64,000 nt of DNA from Yuukianura sp. NJ FZ-2021 (Eukaryota). Below, piece by piece: positions 34,239 to 48,200 of the stretch. Every line of letters begins with the position of its first letter. Position 1 is the first letter of the stretch. Location of the stretch: positions 1,116,001-1,180,000 of the forward strand of contig CM102288.1 in the NCBI GenBank assembly GCA_046563655.1. Reading direction: 5' to 3'. Below the pieces are notes generated by a model. That model saw nothing but the letters and a program-made list of their open reading frames with translations. It was not told the DNA's origin and made no database searches. The position numbers were made by a program, and so were the translations under genes.

Positions 34239-36253
34239 ACAAATTAACTAGCTTTTAAGTTTTAAGCAAGTTGCGAAATTTAAGTTAACATTTGATATCC
34301 AGTGTAATAAAACATAGTGTTAAAAAAGTTGTGTAAAAATTAATTTTTCAAAATCCATCTTTTAAAATAACGAGTGAAAGCTATGGATGTTAAAATTTTC
34401 AGAAAAACAAATAGTAGAATGGTAGTGGGTGGGTTGTAACCAACTGTTTGCTAGGAGTTGTACTACGTTAGGAACCTAACTTAAACCTTTGCACAAAATC
34501 TAACTTATAGTGCATTCATCATGACTACGGAGATGGAAAGTACAGTTTAGCTTATATTTTAACATTACCTAACCTATACTTCAGTTGTTCAACTCCAATG
34601 TAGTTGACTATAACCGTTGTTGGACTTGAGCCTTACACTTCAACGCCACCGCTACACTTCCCCTCCTCACCTAAATCGATCCGAATTCGGGCTTTTCCTG
34701 GAGGACTTTCAAAATATAGCCCAGTCGTATCCCCGTGCTACGCCAAAGACTAAGTTAGGCTATATTTGAACTTTCTCTTTCCTTGTAAGCACCAAAGGGA
34801 CTTTCCCCAGCCTACATTTCCCTCGAATTCACCATTTTGAAGGGAAAAGACACACGGAAAGATCCCTGCAAGGTTAGGTTGTATCTGAAAACGGACAGGG
34901 ACTACATTCATACTTGGAAGTCTGGAGCTGGAGCTGGCAGGAGGTTGACACGTCCACTAAAAACAGCGCACGACAAAAGACAATCGACCAAAATCTGCTC
35001 TCCTGTTTTTAGTAAAGAATTCCAAATTAGATTCACACACATTGTCTCCTTGTTTCAAGAAAAAAAGTGGATTACGACCAAACTTTCTCAATTTTTTGGA
35101 CTAACGAAAGCAATTTTTTGGTGGACGAAATTTTGAACTTTCTCTCCGACTTTTACCATTTTTTTTCTGTTCTTCCTGAGTCGTTCGTGGCATGTGTGTG
35201 ACAGTGACAGTTTTTTTGGTTATTGCCAATCAAGCTCGACCCCTCACGAAGCTCTTCCGAAATTTTGAAACTTTCGTGTAACTTTTCAAATTGGACTTGC
35301 CTTCCATAAGAACCAACCACAACCACATTGTCAGTGTTCATTCTTGAGTGACAGTGTAGAAACTTTGGATTTTCATAAGGTCACTTGGCATATTTCAACG
35401 ATTGGTTAGGTTTTAACATAACATGGTGTAACATGGCCGAAGTGAAAGTGCTTAATGACAGTAGTTCCGTGGTGGTATAAAAGAGGAGAGAGAAAGGAGA
35501 GGTGAAAGTATGGAAAGTAATTTAAGTTCCATTGTGACCAGGAAGACATGACATCCGTAGACTTCTCAAAAACTTTTAGGAAATTGAAATTTCGAATGTC
35601 CAATTGTAAGAATTTATCACTTTTCAAAATTAACAAACTTTCACTTTGCGGTTCTTGGAATATGAATAGACCAGTAAAACTTTAAAGTTCAATTTAAAGT
35701 GAAACTGTTTTAGTAAATTGATGTCCTCGGAGTCCAATTTAGCATTTGCTAGTCTGGTTTAATTAATGTTGCACAGTACGAGCAGTGTTAAACGCTAGGC
35801 TAGAAAATAGACTTACGTCAATGATAACTTGACCTTTGACCTTCACAAAAAAGCATTCATCTACTGGTGTCAGTATAAAACATGGAACAATTTTGGCACA
35901 GAACAGCCTCCATCAACTCACGATCAGTTCGCATTGTTTTCTTAGTTTTGACTCAAAATACTTTGGAAATTTCGAAAAGTCTCGAAAGTTAAAACACTAA
36001 ATGTAAATCACTTAAAAACTGAATTACAAAATTTTGAAAAATGTGAATGCTTAGCAAATGGGAGAGTTTCGGAGTAAATTTCTTTGTTCTTTTTCTAATC
36101 CTACTTGTTTTTCGTCAGATCTGAATTTAATATTTTTGTTTGTTTCAGAATTTAAAAACAAGTGAAAGGTGAGGAGGTCAAAGAGAATTTTTCGGATTGA
36201 GTGGTGATGCAGTGACTTGGGTGGAATTGGAAAGTTACTTTTAGTGAAATGAA

Positions 36254-39200
36254 ATGGGCGTACTATTTGCTCTGTTGAAGATGAAGATGAAGAGGACTGT
36301 AACGGTTCTGATGGCCCATAACACATTAAGACTCTACTTACTTTTGCTCATTCTCGTTTCACCTGGTGGAGTCATTGGAAATAATCAAGGTGAGTAACTT
36401 TTGATGTAGTCCTATTTTCAAAAAATATAGTGAAGCGGAAACCGATTTTTCAAATATTTGAAAACACTTCTTTCTCTTTTTTTTTGAAATTTCAATTTAT
36501 GGGGTTTTGATGGAAAGTTTAGGAAGAAAGGCGTTGAAAGTTAAGTTAGGAGCGAAGTCTATAACTATTTCAAGAAAGCTCTCCCTTTTAGAATTGTGTT
36601 TTTAACTTATGCGTCCGTGTTTCGTAATTACTGCGGAACATAATGGAAGGGGCTGATAGAGAAAGTTTGTGCAAAGTAGTTAAGGATCTTAATGGACTTC
36701 ATTTCCATCTTTTCATCATTGTGGGAGGGACATGCAATTTGAACAAGAAAGTGGAACTGAAATGGACTTCTCCATTCCACCTTCTTTTTACATAAGAACT
36801 AAACCGTATGCTTCTCCGTGCCTAATTTTCGAAATTTCCGCGTATTCTTCATTTGTACCACACCACTCCCTATGGACCTCTTTGAAATGCTAAGTAACCA
36901 AGAACTCCAACTTTAGTTGTCACTAATTCATGCTGTTTTTTGGTTTTTCTCAAATTTTCAGATTCGGACTACCTCCTGGATGAATCATTTGCAAACTTAA
37001 ACAAAGTGGATCGAAGTAAGTATAATCAAAATTGAAATTTGAATTTTTCTTAACCCTATTTAAATTTTGCAATTAAAAATTAAAACTTTTAATTTAAAAG
37101 TTTAAGAAAACGATAAATAGAAATCTAGAGTAACAAATGCGATACAGAAAGATTCTTCTTCGTACCTGAAATTGATTCATTTTTAGTAAGAAATATTTTT
37201 TGCGTTATTTTTAAATGAGTTTTAAGATTTTTGAGAAGATGTTTCTAAATTTGGAAATTTTGAAAGGTGAAAGTAGGATTTTTGGTAATCGGACACACGG
37301 GGCAGCGGAGGCGTCAGAATTGGACAACTTTTCTCTCTTTGTTCAATTTCAACGTTCCTCGGCCTTTGGTTTCTTACATTTTTTCGAAACTTTCTGCTTT
37401 GAATTCCGAATGAGATCCAGTTTTTTTTAGAATTTCTGAAACTGTTCCGTAGAACAGAAGGAGGTTAAAAAGTGAGACAGGAGAAAGTAGATTTCTGTCC
37501 CTTTATTCTCCGCCTTACTTGAAATTCTGGTCACTCTCACTTTTTAGATAGGGTTCATTTTTTTCATTGACATTTCAAATCTAATATTTTAAATTGTTCT
37601 GCTAACTCCTCCTTTGTCGCCATATTTAAGTTTTTCCTCTACGAAAAAAATTAGTGTCATACTTTTTAACAGCTTCAATGACACGTTTGATGGGCTAATC
37701 TTTGCTGTTTTTTTTTGTTTCAGAATTGAAAACGCTTTGTTTTTCAATTTTATTTCAAAACGAAAAAAAATCAGAAAAAAATTGAGTTTGTAAGGAAGAC
37801 TTTTTTTGGACAGCATTTCGAAAATGCTATTTTTATGATGATTTTGCCAATTCTGATTTGAAAAAAAGGAGAAAAAAGGAAATGTTGAATCCCGGAAAAT
37901 GCTGAACGAATTCAAAAATAAACTGAGTTATGTCAACGAAAAGCTGAGATTTTTTTGGCACCCTCCCTTTGGCAAGCATGATCACATCAAATGCACACCT
38001 AAGGAAGTACTATAAGACGTCCTACGAAGTTGTTGTTGACATCAGATAAACTTTCTCTTTTCTCCAAATCTTGTTTGAAATCTGATTCTTATGTAGAAAA
38101 ATTCAAAAAAAAAAGTATTTTTTTTAGCATATTCCAACACCTCACCAAGAAAAACTTTTATTTCAAACTTTTTTTTTCTTCTCTAAAGATCAAGATCTGC
38201 TTTTTATTCATATCTGTCGTTTCGCCGAGGATGAGCCCTTAAAGCCACTTCTGTTTTTCCTCCACTGTCTTCACGTTTTCTCATTTTTACTTACAAAAAC
38301 TTTCTTTCTCATTTTTTTTTTAACTTTCTTGTGCTGAAATGTGCAAAAGCTGAAAAGATACAAAGTGTCCCTAGAGTGCAAGTTTTTAGAAGAGCCGAAA
38401 AGAAAAGCGGCTTAGCGGATGTTTCTATTTTGTTCTCCTTTTATCCTATGCTAATTCATAACCTAATCCCACCACCCCAACCTAACGTTAGGCTAAGAGT
38501 TAGCCTCAACCTAACCAAAAGTCTAGCCTAATCTAAACTTATTTACACACATTATACAAATTTCCACAAGTCCTCTTAAAACTTTAGGTTTTGTAATCAC
38601 CTGAGCTTCTTTTTTAGTTTATGGTCATCATTACCCAAAATGCGGCGACTTTCTGGTGCGCTCGTTTTTGAAAAGCGCAGGAAGCTTTTTCTTCAAAATT
38701 TGTAAAATGGGAACCACTTTGGTGAAAAGTGAAAGTGGACTTTCTCCTAACGCATAACCGTAATGCATATTCTGAACACTGGGGAAAGGTTAGAAGCCTT
38801 TTCCGCATTTGCTCGTTTTTTCTCTCGTGATGTGATGTTTTGTGCACTTGAACCTTATTGGAATTTGGTGGGTAGTACTTCCTAACAGGATGATTTTGAA
38901 TCCAAAAATGAATTTTGGGAGAAAGGCACTTGAGCCATGTCATGATTCTAGAAAACGCAAGTTCCATGCTGTGAAAAGAAGTGCTTTTCCTCCGTTTTTG
39001 AAAAGGGCAGAGGGGAACAAAAACTTTTTGAACTTTGACATTTGAATAGTTTGGGAACAGGGAGAAAGCAGGAACTTCTCAAATCCAGGTCACCAGGAGG
39101 AGTGAATTTCCTCTTATTTTAGTACGACTGAGGAAAAGAGGATTTTGCTGGAAGGGAGTGTAGTAGTGGAACAGCATCCGAAAATGAAGCTTTGACTGGA

Positions 39201-42200
39201 GCTTGTTCAGTGTTCTTGTAGAGAACTTATTGCTCAAATGAAAATCATCGACAGAGTGAATCAGAAAAGAAAGTGGATCCTTTCCTTCCGCTATTTTTCT
39301 CTTCTGTCTCTTCTTTACTTTATCGACTGACCGGAACCATAAAAAAAGTTGTTCAAACACAAAAAATAGACTTTTGATTTCAAAATCTCTTTGTTACAAA
39401 AAGATTCATGAAGACATTGGCCAAATATAGCAAATTTTTCAGTCAGAGTGGCCAGTTTTTGGCAAAAGAAAGTAACAACAACAACGACAAATGAAAAATA
39501 GGCCAGTGATGGCTACTTTATCATCAAAATGACTTCAAAAATTTGTTGCAATTGTCTCGTACTGAGTTGTAATTTTTTGAAATTTGAAGTTTTCAGTAAT
39601 TTGATAAATGTCAAGTCTGTTACTCAAATTGCTTTTCATTATTTTTAAACTTTCTCTTTGTTCTCTTTTGTGTAGACTTTTCTCTAAATCAATTCGTTAA
39701 ATTGTTTTCAATTGAGCAAATGTGGAAAGCCTTCCAAAAGCTTTGAACAGTGGGAGTTAGTTTTGGAAAAAAAATGTTTACTTTTTTATGGAGGGGCAAC
39801 AAGGTCACCTTTCGCTCTTTTCTGTTGTACCATAACTTCTACGGCTTCGTAAATTTACTTCATCCTGTTTTGCTCAACTTTATATTAACTTTTGATTCAA
39901 TTTGGTCCAGGGCAGACTACAAAAAGCAACAACAACAACTTTTCAGGAGCTTCTGCACGTCATGTCCAGCGCCAGCATCATTGCAGCACTGCGCAGATAA
40001 AATTCTGAGAAAGAATAGTCTCACATTGCCCCCACAACAAATGGAGCCCACTAAAACGTCAGACTGTCCTTATTCGAATCTAATTCGTTCCAACCAATCG
40101 CAATTCAATTCCCAACTGCTACCCTTAACCTAACTCTCAGCACAGTTCATATAATGTTATGTTAGAGTGAAGAAAAAGTTAGGCTAACGGGAAAAGTTAG
40201 GTTAGGTAGTTTCTAGATGAGAGAAGATTCATTTTTATTAAAAAAGAGTTAAAGAGAGTTCGGGGGAAGACGAAGAAAGAGAATCTTAATAGCGGATTTC
40301 CAATTCCCTGGAGATTATTAATAATTCATTACGATTTGTCTTGGGATGAGAGTAACTTTTCCTTTTAATGGTATGCAGTTAGGTTAACGTTAGTTCCTAG
40401 CATTTGCTCTTTTTAACTAACCTAACGTAGGCTATTCCATTTTCGATTTAAGTCGGAGAAGACAAACTAAAAAGTTTGCAGAAATTGAGAAAATTGGAGA
40501 AAATGGGAAAAAGTAGAGAAGAAACAAAAGAGAGTTTCTTAATTCGTTCTTAACTTCACTCCCATCTTCAGACTTTTCTCTCCGTTTTTCTGTGTTCACC
40601 TAACTTGAAGATTCCGGTTTTAATTTGATTCTTAAATCGTCTTAAACACAGTTTTTTTTGCTGAACCTTCATCTAAACTTTCTCTTTTTTCCAGATGAAG
40701 TGGAACGACTCTTGCGTGAGTATCCAGCTAATCAAGAGTTGGTTCGGAGTATTGGAGCTCAGTATTACCAGTTCGTCAATGTGGCTCAAATTCGTCATCA
40801 TCAACTCATAGGCTTGTCGACGCGGGAGGGCACTTCAAAAGGGCCCAGAGCTCAGGCTCAAGTGATGCAAGCACCACAACAGACACGAGTAAGTTCTTAC
40901 TGAAATCGGTCCTTGATCTTCTCCAAAATATCGGAGAGACTTCACAAGGCTTTGCCCAAAAGTAGAACACTTTTTGTCTACCGTTTTCAAGTTTTGTGGT
41001 GGAGAAATTTCCAGGAGATTTGATTTCAAAGTAGGATTTTGAGGCGTATCTATACAGAACTTTTTCTGAGAATCCTCTTTTTTTCGTCTAATGTTCTCAA
41101 CTACGCTGTTCCACTTTCCTTTTCTCTGTTAAATGTTTGGAGTAAACAATTTTAATGAGGAGTGTTGAAGTGAAAGTGGGCGGGAACGGGGAAAGAGAAA
41201 GTGCAAATGAGATCTTGTTGGAGAGACTTGTTGGAATGGTTGATTCCGTAACGGTTTCAAGTGGTTTATTGCATGTAGCAAGGAAATTGAATTAAATTGG
41301 ACATGAGAGGAAACGGAGGAAAGGGAGCCATTAAGACCATGATTATTCTTCGCACTTTCACTTTCTTCGTGTCCAATAATTCCTCAATTGTAAGCTCAAA
41401 GTGGCTGTTGAACTATACAAATGAGCATGTGAAGTAGCAATAAAATTAGAAAAAAAAATTATATTCGAAAAGGAATGGAGGATTTTGTGTGGGAAAATTG
41501 AATCTTATTTATACGAAAAGTAACTCCGATGGGCTTTCACTTCCTCACGCTCAAAAAGAGCCCAAACTCATTTCTCACGAAGACTTTCACTCAGCGGGAA
41601 AGATATAGATTTTTTTGAGTTTCAAAAATCCGGGAGCTTCTAAGATAGGTTAGGATCCATATCCTATGGAGAAAGTGACAAATTTTGACAGAAATCCTAA
41701 GTATTAGAAAAAATATAAAGCTTATACCATGCTACGAATTTTTGAGGATTGAGGATTTCTCAACTTTTGAACAAACTTTTAAGTAAACATATAAATAAAC
41801 ATCATAATTTCGATTTGACACAGAAAATGAAAAACTACAACCGTAATAACATAATACAATAAATTAAAATTAAAAAAAATAACTCGTGCAATGAAACAAC
41901 TTTTTAAAAAAAAAAAATTTTTTTTTTAAATTTGTTTATTTTTTATTTACATAGTATGAAGCATGGAAAAGCAAATAAATTAAAACACAACTTTCACCTG
42001 CTATTGGCAGATTGAGATATTTAAATAGTATACAGAAAAAAAATTGTCAAAATAATTTACGTATTCAAAATTTTTAAATTGAAGTGGAGAGTTGAGGACT
42101 TCTCCAGGAAACGAGGATATCCTCTTTTTGAAAATTACCAACCATGTTTCTATCTCAGTATCCTTTTTACTTAAAACATTTTTTCTCAAAACCGAAGAAA

Positions 42201-45200
42201 AATCATTTCGTTTTGCCTCAACTCAATCTCAGCGTCAACTCCCATCCTCCATAATCCTTCTAATCTCAAATCCAATATCCTCGGATTGATTTTTTTCAAT
42301 TTTTTCATTTTTGATGCTGAAATTATTTTCTGTGTGGTTTCCTTTGCTTGCAGACTGGAAAACACTTTCACCGTGCTTCGTTTCTGATCCAAGCATTTAA
42401 TCACAAGTTTCGTCTTATTCTGGAACTGAATCCAACTCTCATAGCACCCAACGTTATTCAAAAACACATTTTGAATGAACAAACGCTTCAGCGAGAACGA
42501 ACGGAACTGGAAATGTGTTACTATCATGGAATTGTCGAAGGACTTGAATGGTCAGCCGCTGCTGTAAGAACATGCAATGGACTCTCAGGAATTATCCACA
42601 TGGGAAACGAAACTTTTGTTATCCATCCATTCCAGGGTGGAGATCTTTCAGTAAGTTTCTTTTAAAAAAAAATTAATCTTGAATATTTTTACAAACTTTT
42701 TAAGAAATAGTAGCAGCAGCCTCACAAAATGCTGCAAGGTAAAAGTTACAAAAAACTGCGTAGGGATGTCAGATTATTTTTCTTTTCCAAACATGCAACG
42801 TTCTCATTTTCAAAAAAATGAAATCTTTTCATAAACTTGGTTAGAAAAGAAAAGTTGCTTTTTCTTTTTTCTTGTGCTAGTCTTTTTTAATCCTGCCTCC
42901 TACGTTGCATAATTTTCCATTTTTTAATAGAAGAAATGGAGAAAGCAGAAGAAAGCCTCTGGTTTAATCTTTACGTTTCTTTTGACAAACGTCGACTTTC
43001 TCGCCTTTCCTTTCCTTTTATTTCCCCAAGGCACGTCAACAGTACGACAAAATTCATTATTTAAAAATTTGATAAATAAGGTGAAATATAAGGTGCATGA
43101 GGTAAAAGGAGAAGAGCGTAGCAAATTTATAAAAATGTAGGATTTTTTCTTCTAAAAATAAGAAAACAATGAGAAAGTGCAAAGGAAAATGGATGGGTGA
43201 ACTCAAGGAAACACCGGGAGATCTGTTCAAAATGAAAACTTATATGAGAGGGATTCCGCATTTGAGAATCTGTCCAAGAGGGACCATAATTCATGGAGCT
43301 TGACTTGAAAAGTTTTCTAAAAAGAGAAAAATGTTTTTCTAAAAAAATTTAGCACAAGCATCCTCATATTGTGTTTGAAGCCAAGTCACTGGGAAGACAA
43401 GTTTGTGGAAACAAGAGAGGGTTGGAGTACAATATGCCTTCCGGACTGAGTCCAAACAGTAATGACAATGCCAGAAGAATTGAAGATAATGCGCCCAAAT
43501 ATTTTGTTGAATTGGCACTTCTTCTGGATAAACCAATGGTAAAGTTCTAACTAGTTTTCTTTGTAAACGTACCGTAAATTTCCAATAAAATGCCCACGTC
43601 GTTTATTTCCACAAATACTTTCCAGCTTTCACACTTTTTTTGCTAAAAACTTGACATAAAAAACAAATGTATTCTGTGTTGGAGTTTTACGGTACTTTTA
43701 AAATTCAAAATTTGGTGGGAAAATTTTTAAATCTTTGAAATTATTTTTAGTTTGATAAACGAAATGGTTCAACACGACTAGCCGTTGTTCACGATGCTCT
43801 CCAAATTGCCAACATTGCTGATCTGGTATGAGGGGATTTTGTTTCTGGAAAACTAAAATTTTTTGAGAATTTTGAAAAATTTCTATTTCATTTTTGGTAA
43901 TTGCAGTATTTTAGAAAATTAAGTACGGCAATATCAGTGGTATACATTGAGACTTGGTTTAGTCCAAATCATCTCCAAGTTGACGTTCCAGATGATTTGA
44001 GAAAAACGCTCGTGAGACTTACGGATATTTACGGTAAACCACGAAATAAAAGAAAAATCGCACAAACTTTTTTTTTTCAGCAAAAGAAAATTTTCCACAG
44101 ATTTTTTTTCTTTTTGCTGAGAAAGGGATTTTTTTTTCTTAAAATTTTCTTTTCAGGCCCCCGAAATTTATTTGGAGTTAATAAAGACTCAACGATGTTA
44201 CTTTCTGGAGTTCCTTTCTCTGAAAGTGGAATGGCAATTCCAACGTCCATTTGCACGTAAGTTCTCGTCTTTAAAAAGAAAGCTTTTTCAAACCAATCAG
44301 CAATATTTTAGATTTCTCTTAAGCACTCTCCATTTCTATATTTCTGTAGGGCCAAAGCCATGGGCGTGGTCACTGATGTCTCTACTTGTAAGTTTCAGCT
44401 TATCACAATTTACAACGCGGACGTGAAATTTATCACGCGCACAGACAGTCTTGAAGTGCCTCAGATTAGGTGAAAGCTAATGAAAACTTTCAACTTTCCC
44501 CTTTTCTTTTTTCAGATCAACCACATATAACTGGCGTTGCTCTTGCGCACATGATCGGTCACAATTTAAACATGGGGCATGATCATGACCGTAAGTTCAA
44601 AAATTTACTATAGCGCGACATGCCGTAATCTGATATCACCAGACCTGCCAAAAATATTTGCTAAAAACCAGCAAATTAATTAAAGAAATACATATTTGCT
44701 GAAAAAGCTCGAAATATTTACTACGTTAACATTAAACGCATGCGGAAATAAATAAATATTTCGTAACAAAAATGCCTGAAGTATTCAAGTATTGACATTG
44801 TGAGAATGGGAACTAAATATTTTTGGCATGTCTGAATATCACATAACACAATATGTTATTTGATAACATAGTTGAGAGATGTCACTGTCCTACATGGTAT
44901 GGCTGCATCATGAACGAAAATATCGTTGGGAACGACGGAATTCACCCCTACATTTTCTCGGACTGTTCCCGTCGAGCCTTCTACGGAGCCATTAACAACG
45001 GACATGCAATGTGTCTCATCAACCGCCCAAATGCCATTGACGTAAGGAGATTCACCTGAGTAACAACCTTAAAAAACAGATCAATTGCCTAAGCTTCTTC
45101 TTTCCACCTTCCTCTGAGTTCTCACAGGCACCTTTCTCCTCCTCCACAACTTTCTCCCTAATCCAGGTCGATTGATTCTCTTTCTTTTTCAAATTCTGCC

Positions 45201-48200
45201 GCCGTCTTCAGCCAGTCTACAAAAGTTGTGGAAATGGAATCGTGGAGGGTGGGGAAGAATGTGACTGTGGCTCAGATGAAGACTGTGCCCGTGACCCATG
45301 CTGTGAACATCTCTCATGTCGACTCAAAACGACTGCCGAGTGCTCAAGCCATTCACCTTGCTGTGAAAATTGCAAGGTACTTTTCAAAATTACATTTGTT
45401 TCGGCTTTTCATTTTATTATTTAGAAAAAGAGGCTAATTTTTTCAAAATTTCATTTTTCTTCAATTTTTATAGTTTTCAAAGTCTGGCTCCATTTGTCGC
45501 CACATCGTGAGTGAATGTGACATTCCGGAAACGTGTACTGGTCAAAGTGGAGAATGTCCAATGAATACATTCAAGAAAAATGGATCTCCCTGTAGCAACG
45601 GCGAAGGCTACTGCTACAACGGCTACTGCCCATCCTTAACACATCAGTGTGAACGCATTTGGGACTGGAATAGTAAAATTCTCAAAATTCCAAAACTTTC
45701 AGATTTTTTAAAAAGAATTCTGGATTTTTAAAATCTCAACGACTTTTGGTGTGTTCTAGGTAAAGCGGCCAAGAAAGAATGTTTTGAAAGTTTGAACATT
45801 GGAGGGCATCACAACGGACACTGCGGTAGAGAGCATCATAACAACTACAGAAAATGTGACAAGAAAGACGTGATGTGCGGAACACTTCATTGCAAAGACG
45901 GATCCAGTAATCCTACACTGTCCAGTCGACTTCAAAATAATACCTACACAAAAATTATTTTGAAACTCCCTGGGCATGCTGAAGAGTACGAATGCAAAAG
46001 TTTAGCCGGGCCAATCGAAGATAGGACGCTTGATCAAATTGAACTCGTTCGAGATGGAACCAAATGTGGTGATAATAGAGTAAGATATACTATCAAATAA
46101 CATTTCTTCAACAAGGGTCGTTGACCTTTGACCTTTTGCGTTTCAGATATGTATGAACCAAACTTGTGTCAGTTTATTGAACTTTGTCGACAATCAAAAG
46201 TGTCCGTCGAATCATGCCGGTTTGGATTGTTCCGGACAAGGAGACTGTTCGAACATTAACGTTTGTCACTGTTTTATGGGTTGGGAAGGCGCCGACTGTT
46301 CCCGAATGTCAGCCGAACAGCCGCCGACGGTCGCTACGACCATCACTCCCATCCCGGCTCCACAGGGCGGCATTCCCGGTATGAACATGACGGCGCCACA
46401 ACAACCCGGGAAGGAAACGCGAAAACAAAAAGACGAAAACGGTACGAACACGATCGTTCTAGTGTTCGGTATGGTATCGGTCGTAGGCGGAGTGTTCATT
46501 ATGTTTGCTATGATGGCTCTGTGCTACCGTCGCTCAACTGTTCCCAAATTTGAGTCCAACTTTCCCCCTTTCAACCCCCAAAGTTTCAAACTGCCTGGTG
46601 GGGGCGGGGGAAGTGTGTCCGCCCAGGGTAATGTCGTCCCTCCACAACTTTCACATGAAGAAATTGATAATAGGATACTCAGCTTTACACAGTTGCCTGC
46701 CTACAGGTTAGTCATTACCCCAAAAGTTATTTTTCAAATTTCAAATTTTTCAAATTTCAAAATTTTTAAATTTTCAAAAAAATTTAAGGGATCAACATAG
46801 CAGTCTAGGGATGCACGGGTCAATGAAAAATTTGGGCAGTGGAGTTGGGGGTGGAACGGAAGATGAACTGGGGGATGAAACGTCTGCTTTTCTAGGTACA
46901 CGGAACTCTACGTAATTTGCGAGAATTTTGAAAAATTTTCATTTCAATAAAACACGTTTTCAGTTTTGTTTTGTTTCTAATTTATTATTTTCTTTTATTA
47001 TTTGTACCGTATTGTTCCGTTCTCCGAATATTACTGCACCTATTGTTTCTTATTTGTTGGTGGATTTTATTTGCTATTATTTTGTCTGGAATAATTCCTC
47101 ATCATTTTCAAATTGTCAATTTTTTTGAAATTCTGTATTTTATTTCAAAATTTTCGGGTATGTGTTAGATAATAACGAGGGTCTTTGTGACGTTGAGCGA
47201 ACCCTTAAGTCCCTCAACGGATACCACGAGGACATCCTCGCTGCCCTTAGAATCGCCGCTCAGAACAGGGGAATTGGTGACCTCAACGCGACCCCACCAC
47301 CGCAAGGTCAAACACCTTGAAAAAATTGAAAAAAATGAAAATAACTAACATTTTGAATTTGTACTTTATGATTAAAGTAAGTTGTGATTCGTTGCAGGCG
47401 GTCCGAGACTGTCAGACGGATACCCGGATTATCCGGATTTTGGTTCAGAGTTTCCGTTGCTTCGTAACTCCAATGACCTCATTCCCGGAGGTCACGGGGA
47501 TGATGAGAGCAACGACGAAACAGGAGGGCCTATCAGGTACTATAAAAGCCTAATGAATCATCTTTAGTAGTACTAAAAGTTTAATTTGTTTTTTTATTTT
47601 TGGCACTCCAGGATCCGTAATCTTGAGGATTTATTGCGACAACTGGAGCATCATACGGCCGGACGACACTTGAGTCCCTGCGGATCCGAAGATCTTCGTC
47701 TGTCTGAAACAGAAGCAGATCGACATTACCGTGGACTCCACTCTGACCTTGGCGGGTAAACTTCAAATTTTGACAAATTCCAGTATTCCTATCTGCTCAA
47801 CTAAAAATTTTCACCCAGTTTACTGACAATGTTTTTTTCTTTGGCCGCCAACTTTTTAGAATTTAGTAGTTTGATAGTTTGATTTTTTTACTTCTCATTT
47901 TTCAATTGCCTCTTTTTAACCTTTGACACTGACCGAATGTTGAAACTTTAATTTTAACAGAAGTCGCAGACGAATAAACATGTGACAAAACGCTTACCGC
48001 TTCATGTCAGCTCCTCCAACCCCTCGACCACCCAGGTACATTCAATTCTAACGTGGTCAATGTTAGCTTCTTACTTTTCAAAATTTTGAAATTTGAAAAC
48101 TTGAAATGAAAATTTGAAATCTAGCAACTGAATTTCTCCTACCTTTAAAAAAGAAATTTTGAAGAAAATGTAACTTTCGACGCGAATTCCGTGTAGAATT

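Noticed and set aside
38460..38535. CCTAA/TTAGG-rich patch resembling arthropod telomeric repeat (similar patches near 40180 and 40380)
   Set aside because: Units are scattered rather than tandem, so this is not an interstitial telomere array.
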